Assembly (NCBI GenBank): GCA_002269645.1 | Contig: NIVC01003322.1 | Span: 1 to 64,000 of the forward strand | Length of the DNA stretch: 64,000 nt | Reading direction: 5' to 3' | Origin: Macrostomum lignano | Lineage: Eukaryota | Shown here: one piece after another, positions 32,744-44,942 of the stretch | Layout: every line of letters begins with the position of its first letter | Position numbering within the stretch: the stretch's first letter is position 1 | Notes under the pieces: model-generated | The model's input: the letters and a program-made list of their open reading frames with translations, nothing else | Databases searched by the model: none | Told to the model about the DNA's origin: nothing | Translations under genes and position numbers: made by a program

Positions 32744-35730
32744 TATTAAAATTTTAGAATAGTTTTGGTTAGTCCTCTTTGTTATTTCAAAGGCATAATT
32801 TTAAACTTTACGACGCGAGCTCGATAAGTCATGGGCCCGGGCCGACTAACTACCGAATTCACACACCAAAAATACCCTCCCCTAAATGTTTAAAAAATAT
32901 CGATTGTAAAAATACTTAAACTGTCGAGCAGAAGAGCGCAATTCTTGCGCGTCTAATTATACTTTTTAATTTGCTCTATGTTTGATGAAAAATTATTTTC
33001 TGTTGTTATAGGGGGGTTGAATATCGGGTGTGTCGAATAACTTCTTTATGCAGCTTGCGCATGCCACCATATTTTTGGAATACATTCTTTAATAAGTAAC
33101 TCATCTTGCGCGGGGGGTAATTTTCTAAACTGCTGACTGCGCAAGGTAAAATCACTGGTAAAAATGTGCAAGAATAAACAAAATTGGCGTTAGTTTAATT
33201 TTATCGCACGTTTCTGTTACGGAATAATGAAATTGTGTGGAGCAAAGCACCGAAGGGACCGTAAAAATATATATTGGCTTATATAGTGGAACTGAAATGA
33301 ACTAAAATAGACCTAAATACTCTAAACAAGTTTATTTTATTCCCAAGTGGCTCAAGTCAGGCACGTGGATATGGATGCCCATAGTGCGGTGTTGTCTTTT
33401 TTACAACAGTTTGCAAGTATGTGAGACTACGAGTATGGCGTGTCAATATGATATTATTTAATATATTTGTAGCTTTAGGAAGCTTAGAAAGGCGCAAACT
33501 GTTCCTTATATTTACTTTAATGCATTTTATAAAATTTGTCATGGACAAACCCCTTGTATAGGCCTACAATGGTATAAAATTTCTATTACTCTTAATAATA
33601 GTTAAATGTTAAAATTAGACCTGATATTCATTTGAAATAAGCTACGAAAATGCAATAAAAGCAGGTATATATATATAAAATTTGGTAGATCAAAGTCTTA
33701 AGCAATGCAAATTTTAAAAGCTATATTGCAATATATCTATTATGCAATATATTTACAAAATATTTTAATACTATGTTCCATTTTTTCTGAAATTGATTAC
33801 ATATTCACCTACAAACCATTTTAGTGTATGGATTCTTGTAAAATAAAAGGAAATTTTATATATATGTCATATTTAACTAGTTAATAACAATTAACTGCAA
33901 CTTGTTTTTTAGTAAATATAATAGCAGGTCTAATTATTGTCAAAATGTCTATTGTTATATTTAGCTTAACTTTATGTCTTTGGTTCTTATTTAGCCACTT
34001 ATCACACTAGTGACTAGTTTTTTATTTTATAAATAGTCTATTGTCTTAGATATTACTATTCTATATGCAAAAGTCTTAAGCTACTGTATAAAGACTTTAA
34101 AAGAAAAGTCTTGTCTTGTCTTCAATTCTCAGAAGTACCCATTTAAGTCTTTATATCTGAATGCCCCCCCTTTAAGTTCCCAATTTATCTATATAAACTT
34201 TTTGAGAGGTAGTCTTGGCTCTTGAATTGTCTATATTTTTAAGGGGTTTTTGTGTGTACACATGCCAAAACAGCCGACTCCATAGAGCAGCCAAGTGCAT
34301 AGCCTCCAATCATGGGTTGCCAAGGTCCTAGATCTGCTAGATGGCGCCAGAGACTGTAGAGAGTTATTAGACCATACCGTAATGCTCTACTTAAAGTAAT
34401 ATTCTAAGGAAGTCAATTTCTTTCAAAATGAGTCATATCTATTTTAGGAATCACGCGCAAACAGAATGATTTAGAACCCTACATTGTTTGATCAAGGAAC
34501 CGGATTCCAACAGCTGTATTTGCTTAACCCCATATATGGTAATGCTCAAACATGCATGACCGCTTAATCAAACATTTTTGACCTAAGTAAATACCCAATC
34601 CCAAACCGGTTTTTCTCCAAAATTTTGCTATAAATATAAGTCAAAATTCGAGTCAAAAATTCAGACTCAGAGCGGTCTCTAAGAAGACTCCGAAGAAATA
34701 AGAAGACCGATCTCTGAGGGACCACACCTGTCCAATTGGTAAGCGTTTACCCGATTTAGTTAATTGTTAATAGCACTAATAAGTTAATTAATTGAGTTTA
34801 CGAGAGCCACTTACTGTCGACACATTTAAGAAAGGCCTCCTTGTTTCCTAGGATACATTCCTAGAGGATTTATTGAATTGAATTGAGTTATCCGTTACGT
34901 TTCGGACGTAACGAAGAAGACGCCCTTCAGGAGGACCTATCACAGAAAATTAGAGAATTCAATTGTTCATTAGGGCGCACGTTCTACTGTTAATTCCGAG
35001 CTCGAGGACCGTCAAGAAGTTCTGATTCGCTCTCGTTTTTGGTCGACCCACAGATAAAAGTCAAGGACTCAAGAAGACTACTCCAAATCGGCCGTTACTA
35101 CCGTTCAGCCAAGTTAGACAGAGTCACACACACCGCAAGAACCAGAAGTCTACCAACCACAAGAGGATCCGCTGCAGTAAGTCATTTGAACTGGTAAATA
35201 CCTAGGCACTTGTTCCCCAGTGTCTAGAAGTGGGAGTTTTTGAGTGACTGATCACCACTCTTAAACTCTTCAAGACCAGGAGGCTCACTATCAGAGCCTT
35301 AGCTGTACCAGGTGGCTGAAAAAGCTCCCTGGTGTTGCATTATTCCTATCCAGCATGGCTCACAACTTTTGGCTGCAGCTCCTGGTTCTATTCAGCGTAG
35401 AACTGCTGAGCAATGAGCAGTTGGCGGCCTGCTCGGAAGTGTTGCCCCTGAGCACCACCCACCGCCATATCCAACTGGCCATGTAGGCTATTGCCTCCAT
35501 AGCCATGGTCAGCGGGATGCTTTTCCTTTGGCCACCCTGATGCTGCAAGACTTGACAGAACCCTGTGCCAAGGTCAAGCCCGCACCACCACCCAGCAGGC
35601 CACACTGATAGAGGACCTGCTGAGCATCGGCCTGACCCCCTTGACTACCACTGAATGTTTCCCTAGCAACAACCTGCATATCCTCGCTAGCACTGGCTAG
35701 CATCATAAATAATAATAATGATGATAATGG

Positions 35731-37277
35731 CCATGCCTAAATATGCCCAGCCATGCCTAACTATTCCCAGCCATGCCTAACTATGCCCAGCCATGCCTAA
35801 CTATTCCCAGCCATGCATAACTATGCCCAGCCATGCCTAACTATTCCCAGCCATGCCTAACTATGCCCAGTCATGCCTAACTATGCCCAGCAATGCCTAA
35901 CTATGCCCAGCCATGCCTAACTATGCCCAGCCATGCCTAACTATGCCCAGCCATGCCTAACGATGCCCAGCCATGCCTAACTATGCCCAGCCATGCCTAA
36001 CTATTCCCAGCCATGCCTAACTATGCCCAGCCATGCCTAACTATTCCCAGCCATGCCTAACTATGCCCAGCCATGCCTAACTATGCCCAGCCATGCCTAA
36101 CTATGCCCAGCAATGCCTAACTATGCCCAGCCATGCCTAACTATTCCCAGCCATGCCTAACTATGCCCAGCCATGCCTAACTATGCCCAGCCATGCCTAA
36201 CTATGCCCAGCAATGCCTAACTATGCCCAGCCATGCCTAACTATTCCCAGTCATGCCTAACTATGCCCAGCCATGCCCCACTATGCCCAGCCATGCCCCA
36301 CTATGCCCAGCCATCCCCAGCCATATCCCACTATGCCCAGCCATGCCCAGCCATATCCCACTATGCCCAGCCATGCCCAGCCATATCCCACTATGCCCAG
36401 CCATGCCCACTATGCCCAGCCATGCCCAGCCATGCCCACTATGCCCAGCCATGCCTAACTATGCCCAGCCATGCCTAACTATGCCCAGCAATGCCTAACT
36501 ATGCCCAGCCATGCCTAACTATTCCCAGCCATGCATAACTATGCCCAGCCATGCCTAACTATTCCCAGCCATGCCTAACTATGCCCAGTCATGCCTAACT
36601 ATGCCCAGCAATGCCTAACTATGCCCAGCCATGCCTAACTATTCCCAGCCATGCCTAACTATGCCCAGCCATGCCTAACTATGCCCAGCCATGCCTAACT
36701 ATGCCCAGCAATGCCTAACTATGCCCAGCCATGCCTAACTATTCCCAGTCATGCCTAACTATGCCCAGCCATGCCCCACTATGCCCAGCCATGCCCCACT
36801 ATGCCCAGCCATCCCCAGCCATATCCCACTATGCCCAGCCATGCCCAGCCATATCCCACTATGCCCAGCCATGCCCAGCCATATCCCACTATGCCCAGCC
36901 ATGCCCACTATGCCCAGCCATGCCCAGCCATGCCCACTATGCCCAGCCATGCCTAACTATGCCCAGCCATGCCCCACTATGCCCAGCCATGCCCCACTAT
37001 GCCCAGCCATCCCTAGCCATATCCCACTATGCCCAGCCATGCCCCACTATGCCCAGCCATCCCCAGCCATACCCCACTGTGCCCAGCCATGCCCACTATG
37101 CCCAGCCATGCCCACTATGCCCAGCCATGCCCCACTATGCACAGCCATGCCTAACTATGCCCAGCCATGCCCCACTATGTCCAGCCATGCCCCACTATGC
37201 CCAGCCATGCCCCACTATGCCCAGCCATGCCCCACTATGCCCAGCCATGCCTAACTATGCCCAGCCATGCCCAACTA
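35731..37277. repeat. 20-bp minisatellite (ATGCCTAACTATGCCCAGCC and variants)
   Basis: Direct reading of tandem units; ~500-bp higher-order duplication (36,233 vs 36,731). Confidence 0.95.
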
Positions 37278-37324
37278 TAATTCGAGGCACTGCGGCTTCG
37301 CGGTGTGGCTTCTTAAGTCCCTGG

Positions 37325-37562
37325 CGTCATGAATCGCGTGCTTGCCGGCGTCTCCGCACCCACCGAGTGGACCGTAGCGCACAACGTGGCAATTTTGAAG
37401 AAAGCCAAGACGACACAGAAAAAAGCTCATCGAGGCATCTTACTGATGTCCTATACTGCGAAACTTTCGACCGTCTGCATTCAGTGCTAGACCCCTACTT
37501 GCGTTATAAGCAGAATGGATTCCGGCCGCAGCGCGGTACAGTGACGCAGATCCTTGCACTTC
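37325..37562 (+). pseudogene. Fragment of non-LTR retrotransposon (LINE, RTE-like) reverse transcriptase
   Basis: Reads VMNRVLAGVSAPTEW..ILKK..HRGILLMSYTAKL, then after a frameshift DRLHSVLDPYLRYKQNGFRPQRGTVTQILAL, the start of the LINE RT domain (RGISL / QxGFR motifs). Confidence 0.8.
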
Positions 37563-37601
37563 TTACTGGGGGACTGCGTATTTTAGTTGTTGTTGTTGCT
37601 C

Positions 37602-40242
37602 ATGTCGTATCAAGTAACCTTTTCAGGGGCGCAGATGTATTGTTTTATATAATAACATATAGATAGTAATATAATGCCGGTAATTTCATTTGTTACCCCT
37701 TTTCCTACTTAATCGCACCTCTCTTACCTTTTGTTTTTCATTCCAGGCGTCGCAGCGGGATAAAGACGTACTTGAAGTACTTCAACAACTGAAGGAGTCC
37801 ATCGACGCAGCAGATTTGACAGATGGAGCTGGCATCAAGAATTCGGAAGCCTATCAGAGTATTGTTGAGCAGTTGAGTGTGCAGCATCCCGGCAAATACG
37901 ATGAAGCCTCGATAAAGACGATCCGATGTGATTTGCAGCAAAACAGAAGGCAGCTGCTTACTGCTGCGTTGTCTATTTTGTCATCTTCGGAAGACCAGAG
38001 CGTAGAACCCGAAAGCACGCCTTCGTCGCCTTCTGAGGCTGAAGTTCAACGTTTTGTCGGGATATTTGGGTGTCTCAAAGAGAAATGGTACGAAGTTAAC
38101 AAGACCATGAAAGAAGTAACTTGGCGAGCGCAGAGAAAGAGCAATTTAACGGCGTTTTGTTGCGTGAAGTGCAGAACTGCTGGGTGAAGCACTGCAGCCT
38201 CTCAATTGTTCGCAGTTCTTTTGATGGCCCTGAGTCTGCTAAGTACTCATTAAAATGCTCGGTGCGACTGGCTGGCGACCCAAAACCGTCTTCGTGTCCT
38301 GGGCGATGGAAGCTAAAGGTGAAGGGCTGCGAAGTGCGTCTGGAGCAGACCCATAAGCCATTGCAGCACCCCCCTAAACCTACAAAGGTTCGGGATGCAG
38401 GCTTAAAAACAAGAGCTGATACTGAGGGAGCTGCCGTACTGCAGGCTTCAGTTGCTGCAACAAATGTCGATCTGCGCAACATTCCATCGCAAAGGATGAT
38501 TCAAGGAATTCGCCAGTACAACAAAGAGAAAAAGAAACTGTGCCCAGACATCCCTGTGCAGTAAACTAAAGGCGTACGTGCATTACTTTGAGTTTGCGGG
38601 CGATATTTCGCTTACGGCTATTGGAGCATATCACCCGGAGATGGCTGCAGAGGCTCTGTCTCTCATGAAACAGTTAAAAATGCCAATAAACCTAGTTATC
38701 ATCTCGACAGGAGCGTCAGTTTGCAGCTGACCAGGTGGAATTCCACAGAAGCCAGTATACCATTACGCCTTAGTGATGGCAGCCGAGCAAACTATTGGAA
38801 TGACCCAAGTTTCTCTATTCGACGTTCTGACTTGTAATCACGATACCGTTCAATTGACTAGCATGTTAGCAAAGTGGCTTCAGAAGATAAAGGAACAAAA
38901 AATGGGCCACGGCACTGTGAAAATAGCAAAGATTATGACTGATTTTAACTGGCCGACACTACATGCCCTCATACAGGTCTTCAATGGATTAGGAATTCGC
39001 GAATATCTTGATTAGTGCTTTCTGATCGCGCTACAATCAGAAAATGGACAGAGTGGAATTCCAAAGTTTATGCAAGCAACTTTGCAGCAGGCACGTCAGC
39101 GCACCGCTATTGTTTTTGGTCACATCACATCATCAATGAGGTTCGGAATTGGCAAGAAGTGCGCAGCGCAAGTCCTCAGGTAAAGGCACTGTACCTTCGG
39201 GCGTTTGCGCGGATTGTTGCAAGCACCACTTCAGCGGAAGGCCTAGCCAATCTTCAGAACATGCTGCATGTTCTGCTCGAGCACAATGCAAGAAGAGCCA
39301 TGCCGCGTGTCGAAACACTGTTGATGGAGACGTCTGATGTGGGTGACAACGAGCCCATGCAAGGCGTGGAAATGAACGCTCCGGAAAACATTATGAGTCG
39401 GGCAACGATTCGCTCATCGTCCCGCTTTTTTAGTCAGGCACAGCAGATCTTCGAGCGAATCAATACAGCTTGCCGCCAAGCAAGTGAATCGCAGCTGCCG
39501 ATGATCAATGCGTACCTTAACGAAAAATTGGCGCAGAAGGTCGTCAATTTGTACGCATGCTTTCCGCTCTTCAGTGGCTTCATGATTGACTGCCAACGAT
39601 TCTTTACTGGACAGAGCACAGTGCAAGAATTCCGCAACAGCGAAGGATCTGTGGAAGTGTATCATAGAATTGTCAGAAGAGATGTGATGCATGGCCGATC
39701 GCTGAAGCTGAAGCTGAAGCTTCAGAAGCTCTCGTTGTAAACAAAAAAGCGAGCCACAGTACCGCTCCGAAGTACTTTCCTGTGGCCAAGTACTTCCGAA
39801 GACATGGAGAAGAGCTGGTCATCAGAACGTATCAGGAAACGAACAAAGAGGCTGCACGAGAATTGGTACGCGTGACGAAAAACAAGAGAGCGACTGTTGT
39901 GGGAGAAACCGTGGTTACAGAGGACGTGGCCGTAGTAGCAGAAGCGGCAGAAGAGGCGGCATTTGTGATGTCCAATGCGATGGTCTTAGCGACGCCCTAG
40001 GTGGGGATAGATATGACGGCATAGAAGGCATCCATGACGATCGCGATGCTCAAGACGACGAGCAAGTAGCCGGCCATGTCAATATTTCTGAGGACGCCAT
40101 GTGGGCGAGGTCGGACATGAAGGCCACGGAAATAATTCTTTGCTTCAAGTGCCTCGGGATCTTTACGACTACAGCGGCAAGGCACTGGTTGTGCCCGACC
40201 TGCAGGCATGTGTCGAGTCAGGCCCATGGATTTCGGAGTTAG
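37602..40242 (+). pseudogene. Decayed DDE transposase, Mutator-like (MULE-NOF type), several frameshifts and stops
   Basis: Possible micro-exon MSYQ (37,602-37,613), GT-AG intron, exon from 37,747. Motifs: damaged (D)STG, KPVYHYALV, LTCNHD, IMTDFNWPTLHA..VFNG..EYL, CFWSH, NSEGSVEVYH, C-terminal CFKC..WLCPTC. No TIRs found. Confidence 0.6.
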
Positions 40243-43200
40243 GGCTGAGCACAGCACAGCTGACAAGTGAGTAAAATTGTACGCCTGAGCTTCTGGAACA
40301 GTATGTACCGGGGAAAAACCAATCATTAATCGCCTTTATCTAGTGGCGGATCCAGGAATTTTTTGGATGTGGCGTACGTGTTGCCTCTTTTGCCAATAAA
40401 GAAAGGGCGGGAGTTTTGTAATGTTAATGTATTTGTCTTTTTCCTCTTAGGGCTTAGAACGCCAACATATTTAGGTTTAGCGGCGTCTACCTCAGAGACA
40501 TGGGTAACCTACCTCAGTGCCAGAGCTAGAGGCGCCCTGCCGCTCAGATATAGGGGCGCCTATTTTGTCAAGGGGCACAAAATTAATCTAAATTTTGGTG
40601 GCCGCTTCCCCTAAATTCACCCTGCCGTATTCCATTGGAGCTCAAATTGCTCTCACATGCCAAAGATAAAATGAACCAGGGTAAAAAATTCCTTAATCGA
40701 TCTCAACTCCCGTCTCGTTTGTGCAGAATTTTAGCACTAAGTATCGATATTAGGCTAAACCCTTTTTACTTTCTTTTGTGCGCTACTGTGGATGTGATAA
40801 AATGCTTTGATGTTTTATGTATAGCTAGATACGAGTATACGAAAACACAGATTGTTATATCGCCTAATGTTTCAGAGCAAGCAGTGAAGCGACGTACGGC
40901 CAGCTCACTGGCGAGTGGTGAAGTATTGACCGCGGTATTCGTGCTTTTTTGCCTTCCTATTCACCTGAAGATATACAGTATCCTGCAAAACGCGTCGTTC
41001 AATTAAATTTATTTAATGTTGATTTTTGCCTTCCTATTCATCTTACTTGCCAAGCAAGCAACTTTATGTGTTGGCTTACTTTGTATTTGTAATAAAATGG
41101 AGAATTTTAATAATTACATATTTTATTATTCGTAAAAAAGTTAAACAAAGTTTAACTCTAAAATCTAGAAATTGTTTTACAACTCAAAAAACTTTTACAT
41201 TATTATCTTTTTGATGCTTAAATGTTTATAAAGTTTTAATTATAATACACAAATGGAAACAAGCTTTTATGAAATGAAAAATATTCGTACAAACTGTCCC
41301 ACACCCCCGGCCTCTAGTCTAGCTGGCATGCAGTGTGTGGTAGGTTGAGCCTCCCACAAACTGTTTGAAATTTATTTTTGGATCCCGTTTTCTGGTCGTT
41401 ATTTTTTGCCGTTGTCCTGGGTTTGGCCCTCCTCCGTCCACCTTAAGGTGCTGCCCTGACGTCACCCTTCCGTCATCTCCCGCTCCCTGGTTCTGACCCT
41501 CTGCTCCCCGGTTCTGGCCATTGAGCCCCTTTTCTGTTCGTTGTTAGTTTTGCCCATCTCCCCAGTGTTAATTTTCGTATGCCCATAACTATGACTTTAA
41601 GGTCCATTTTAATTATTTTTTCTCCTTTTTCTGTTTATTTGGTGCCACAAAATGTTGTGTATAATATTATAAATAATATGATGCGAGGGCTGCTAAATTG
41701 ACCCTTCTCTTTCTCCTTCTCCTTTTCTCCTCCTTTCCTTTTGTTTAACTCTTATTATTGGATTCATTACCTGTGCGTACTACTAGGAAATTCATTTATT
41801 TTAATAGTTGCTAATTTGTAGTCGCCCTCGCGGCACCACCGTCTCATCTCTCGTGGTACTCGTTGAACTATAATAATATTTAGCTAACTCCAATTTAATC
41901 GGCCTTTTAATAAATTAGCGAGCCAACTTAATTTCGTTGTTCAATTATTAAAAGTCAGCTCCGTCGCCGCGTCGCCGACAAACTCCGGCTCCGATTCCGA
42001 CATTGAAGACGGCGACTCCTCAGACGACGGTAGCGGCGCGGCCGGGCCGAGCAACCTGCCGCTGCGGCTGAGCTCTATCTTGAGTCATTTGCCCGTGGGG
42101 CGTAAAATAACCCCGTCTCATCTCGAAGCAAGCTCTGAGACTCCAACGTTCCGTAATACGCAAATTACGGTGGTGGCATCGCTACTCTACTATTAGTAAC
42201 GAAATAAGCATACGAGGTACATTAATTCACGGTGTCTGAGAACCCCCACTGAACGCTCGCGCCTAACGAAGACCGCCCGCCTACGACTGAGACTACCCTC
42301 CCCCCGGAATTTGAGGACCCTGGCAGTCGGAGTAAAACAGGAGGCGAACTTCCGTTGTGATTCATCTGCGCGATCTTCCGGCTTCAATTCGTGCGAACGC
42401 AACGACAACCGGTTTCGAAGAAACCTTGAGTTCAAAATCAGCAACCGCCAAGTCTAGCATAAATTTTCTTCCTCCGCCCCCACCTCAAGTGCATAAGCTT
42501 GGCCTAAGTCTGGCATAAATGATGAAATTTAATCAGTTTTCCTCCAGCATAACTCCGAGAATAAAACAAACTATAAATCCTCTACAATGTATATCAATTA
42601 TATTACTATCACTAAGACAAACAAAATAGAAATCGATATTAAAATAAATTTTTAAAGTCCATGGATACAGGCCCTAAGCATCATATACTTTTGTGTATCT
42701 AGTATACCAAGTAAGACACTTTGTATGCCAAGTATCCCCCTAGCCACACTCTTGTGTATCAGTATATAACCTATTACTCCCTTTTTGTTCCAGCACACGT
42801 AGAAATGGCGAAACGTAGAAATAGATTCTAGTCTGTTAATGACCAGTGTATACTTCCCCCCCCCACAAAAAAATTCTAGGTATACCAATAAGTAAGCCTC
42901 CACCCTAAATATATTTTATAATTATGGTATGTTTTCTAAGCAAATAAATTGCACTTTTGCATGCTATCCTTTAAGCATGTATATGCTATCTTTCTAGTGT
43001 GCTATCCCTTTAACCATTTGGAAGCCAAAGGCCTGCACTGCAGGCCATACCAAAACGGCTAAAAAACCCAGAGATTGAAAAATGTCTATGGCATCAATAA
43101 CCATCTCCCAGTCACTAAAGCAAGTGCCTAGGCCTAGTATGGCCTGCTATGCAGGTCATGATTAATTTAAAGAAGCCCCTGCATTATGCATTTCTGTTAT

Positions 43201-44942
43201 GTTTTCACTCAAATGTTAAATGTGAAATAAGTGTGCACAGTGAAAACATGAGGTGATGCACAAATGTATGGTCATGTTAAATTTTAATCTCTTCACTACT
43301 GACCTACGAGTATTATAACTAGTATTAAATGAATATGAATACAAAATTTAACTGCATTGTTCCAAACAAAACAAGGACATGAAAAGAAATGTATAATTGA
43401 TGGTCAAAAACCCTCAGAATTCTGGCACCCTGTCGTGGTCAAACAAGTTGTCATTTCCAGGGCTACTTCAACCCATTCCACAGCTGCCTCATCTTGGCTC
43501 TAATCAGTTTCTAGATCTATGCTTTCCGACTCTATTTATGACTAAAAAACCATTGACTCATCACTTGATAAAGTGTTTTCCGAATCAGAATCGAGTCCCA
43601 GTCTGCGCAAGGCATCACTTTTAGCTGTCCTTTTTGGGCACATAGAAGCCATTTGTGGGTAGGAAGGTTTGAACAGGAGCTAGCAGAAAAATGCTGTGGT
43701 AGGCCTATACTTTACTTCTGGGCTTCTAGGGTGTGTATTCAATTTAGAAAAAAAGGCAAATTTGTCTATGGACTGCTCTGCAGGCCTTTAGGATTTTAAG
43801 CGATCTTACAGAACCAAGCTTGGGCGCAAAGTGGTTAATATGTTGCCTCAGCCCCTCTGGCATGCTATCCCTTAGCTTTAGTATTATAGGCCTATGCTAT
43901 ACTATAAGGTGTAGTGCACTTGATGCACCAAATTTTTTTAAAGTGCACTAGATAGCTATCTATGAAAATGTCATTGTTTTCAATAAGGCTAGAAATGCCA
44001 ATGATATCAAATTTTACAAATGTTAAATTTTACCTATATTTAAAAATATGTATTATTTTTGGCAATTCCATGAGTTTGATATTGATAATCATAGGTTTTA
44101 GAATATAATGCTAAATTGTGATATGAAATGATTGCTCATAGGCTGCTAGTTTTTTGGTCTTTAAATAACAATTTTGCATCATAGTTTATGTAGAAAAGGT
44201 TTTTAAACTATAGTTTTATTTGGAAGCAAATGGGACATGTTTTAGTAGGTATAATAGTCATTGCCACAGAAACATGCCCATATAAAGACAAAAAAATGCT
44301 TTTGAATTCTTTTTAATTTTATCATAGATTATAGATAATATCCTAGACCAGCAATAACTTTAGGCTTTACTTATTTTGCTTTTAATTACTTACAAATAAA
44401 TGCAAGAATATAAAGATTAGTTTAAAAACCTTGAATCAGCCAGAAGTAGCTAGTTGATAATTTTTAATTTTTAGTATAATAGAAGAAAAATGCTAATACA
44501 AACATAAATGTTTCAATAATCGATGTGTTTCATCAGAATATGACATAAACTAGCTTCTTTGTTATGGTATAAAGGTAGTTGCAAAAGCTGCTAGAATATA
44601 TTATTAGATTGTAATTTAGTATTATGAATTTAGGTAAGGTAATAAAGCGGCTAGGTTAAATTTTGTATAAAATTTGCAATATCCCTGATATGTGTCATAA
44701 CAGATTAGCCATTTTTTTGGCATTCCAAATTTAGACATAGGACCAGCTTTAATACCTCCTAATCATTGTCAATATGCTTAGATCTTTAGTTTTCTTTCTT
44801 AATTTGCATTTATTTGATTTGTATTGTATTGACTGATGTTTTTTTTGTCTAAACTAGATACTATACACATTACTGTGTTAGTAGTTTTTGAGCCTAATAA
44901 AATTTCAAATTTGGTAATCTATTTGTGATCAAACATTGGTTT

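Noticed and set aside
34334-34347. CTCF-like motif CTGCTAGATGGCGC
   Set aside because: Single imperfect match; such motifs are common in repeats and cannot be supported from sequence alone.
34885-34935. Minus-strand hammerhead ribozyme-like core (CTGAAGG...CGAAACGTA)
   Set aside because: A9 position is G, and stems I and II do not pair in register; a simple hairpin explains it better.
35280-35706. Minus-strand ORFs as a retroelement fragment
   Set aside because: Only a vague GGxGL-like resemblance; no diagnostic motif.
36233-37254. MPNYAQPC repeat proteins
   Set aside because: Minisatellite translations in all frames.
40340-40620. MITE beginning AGTGGCGGATCCAGG
   Set aside because: No matching inverted end or TSD found.
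41290-42470. LTR or element 5' region with GC-rich patch
   Set aside because: No second copy, PBS, PPT or coding motif identifiable.
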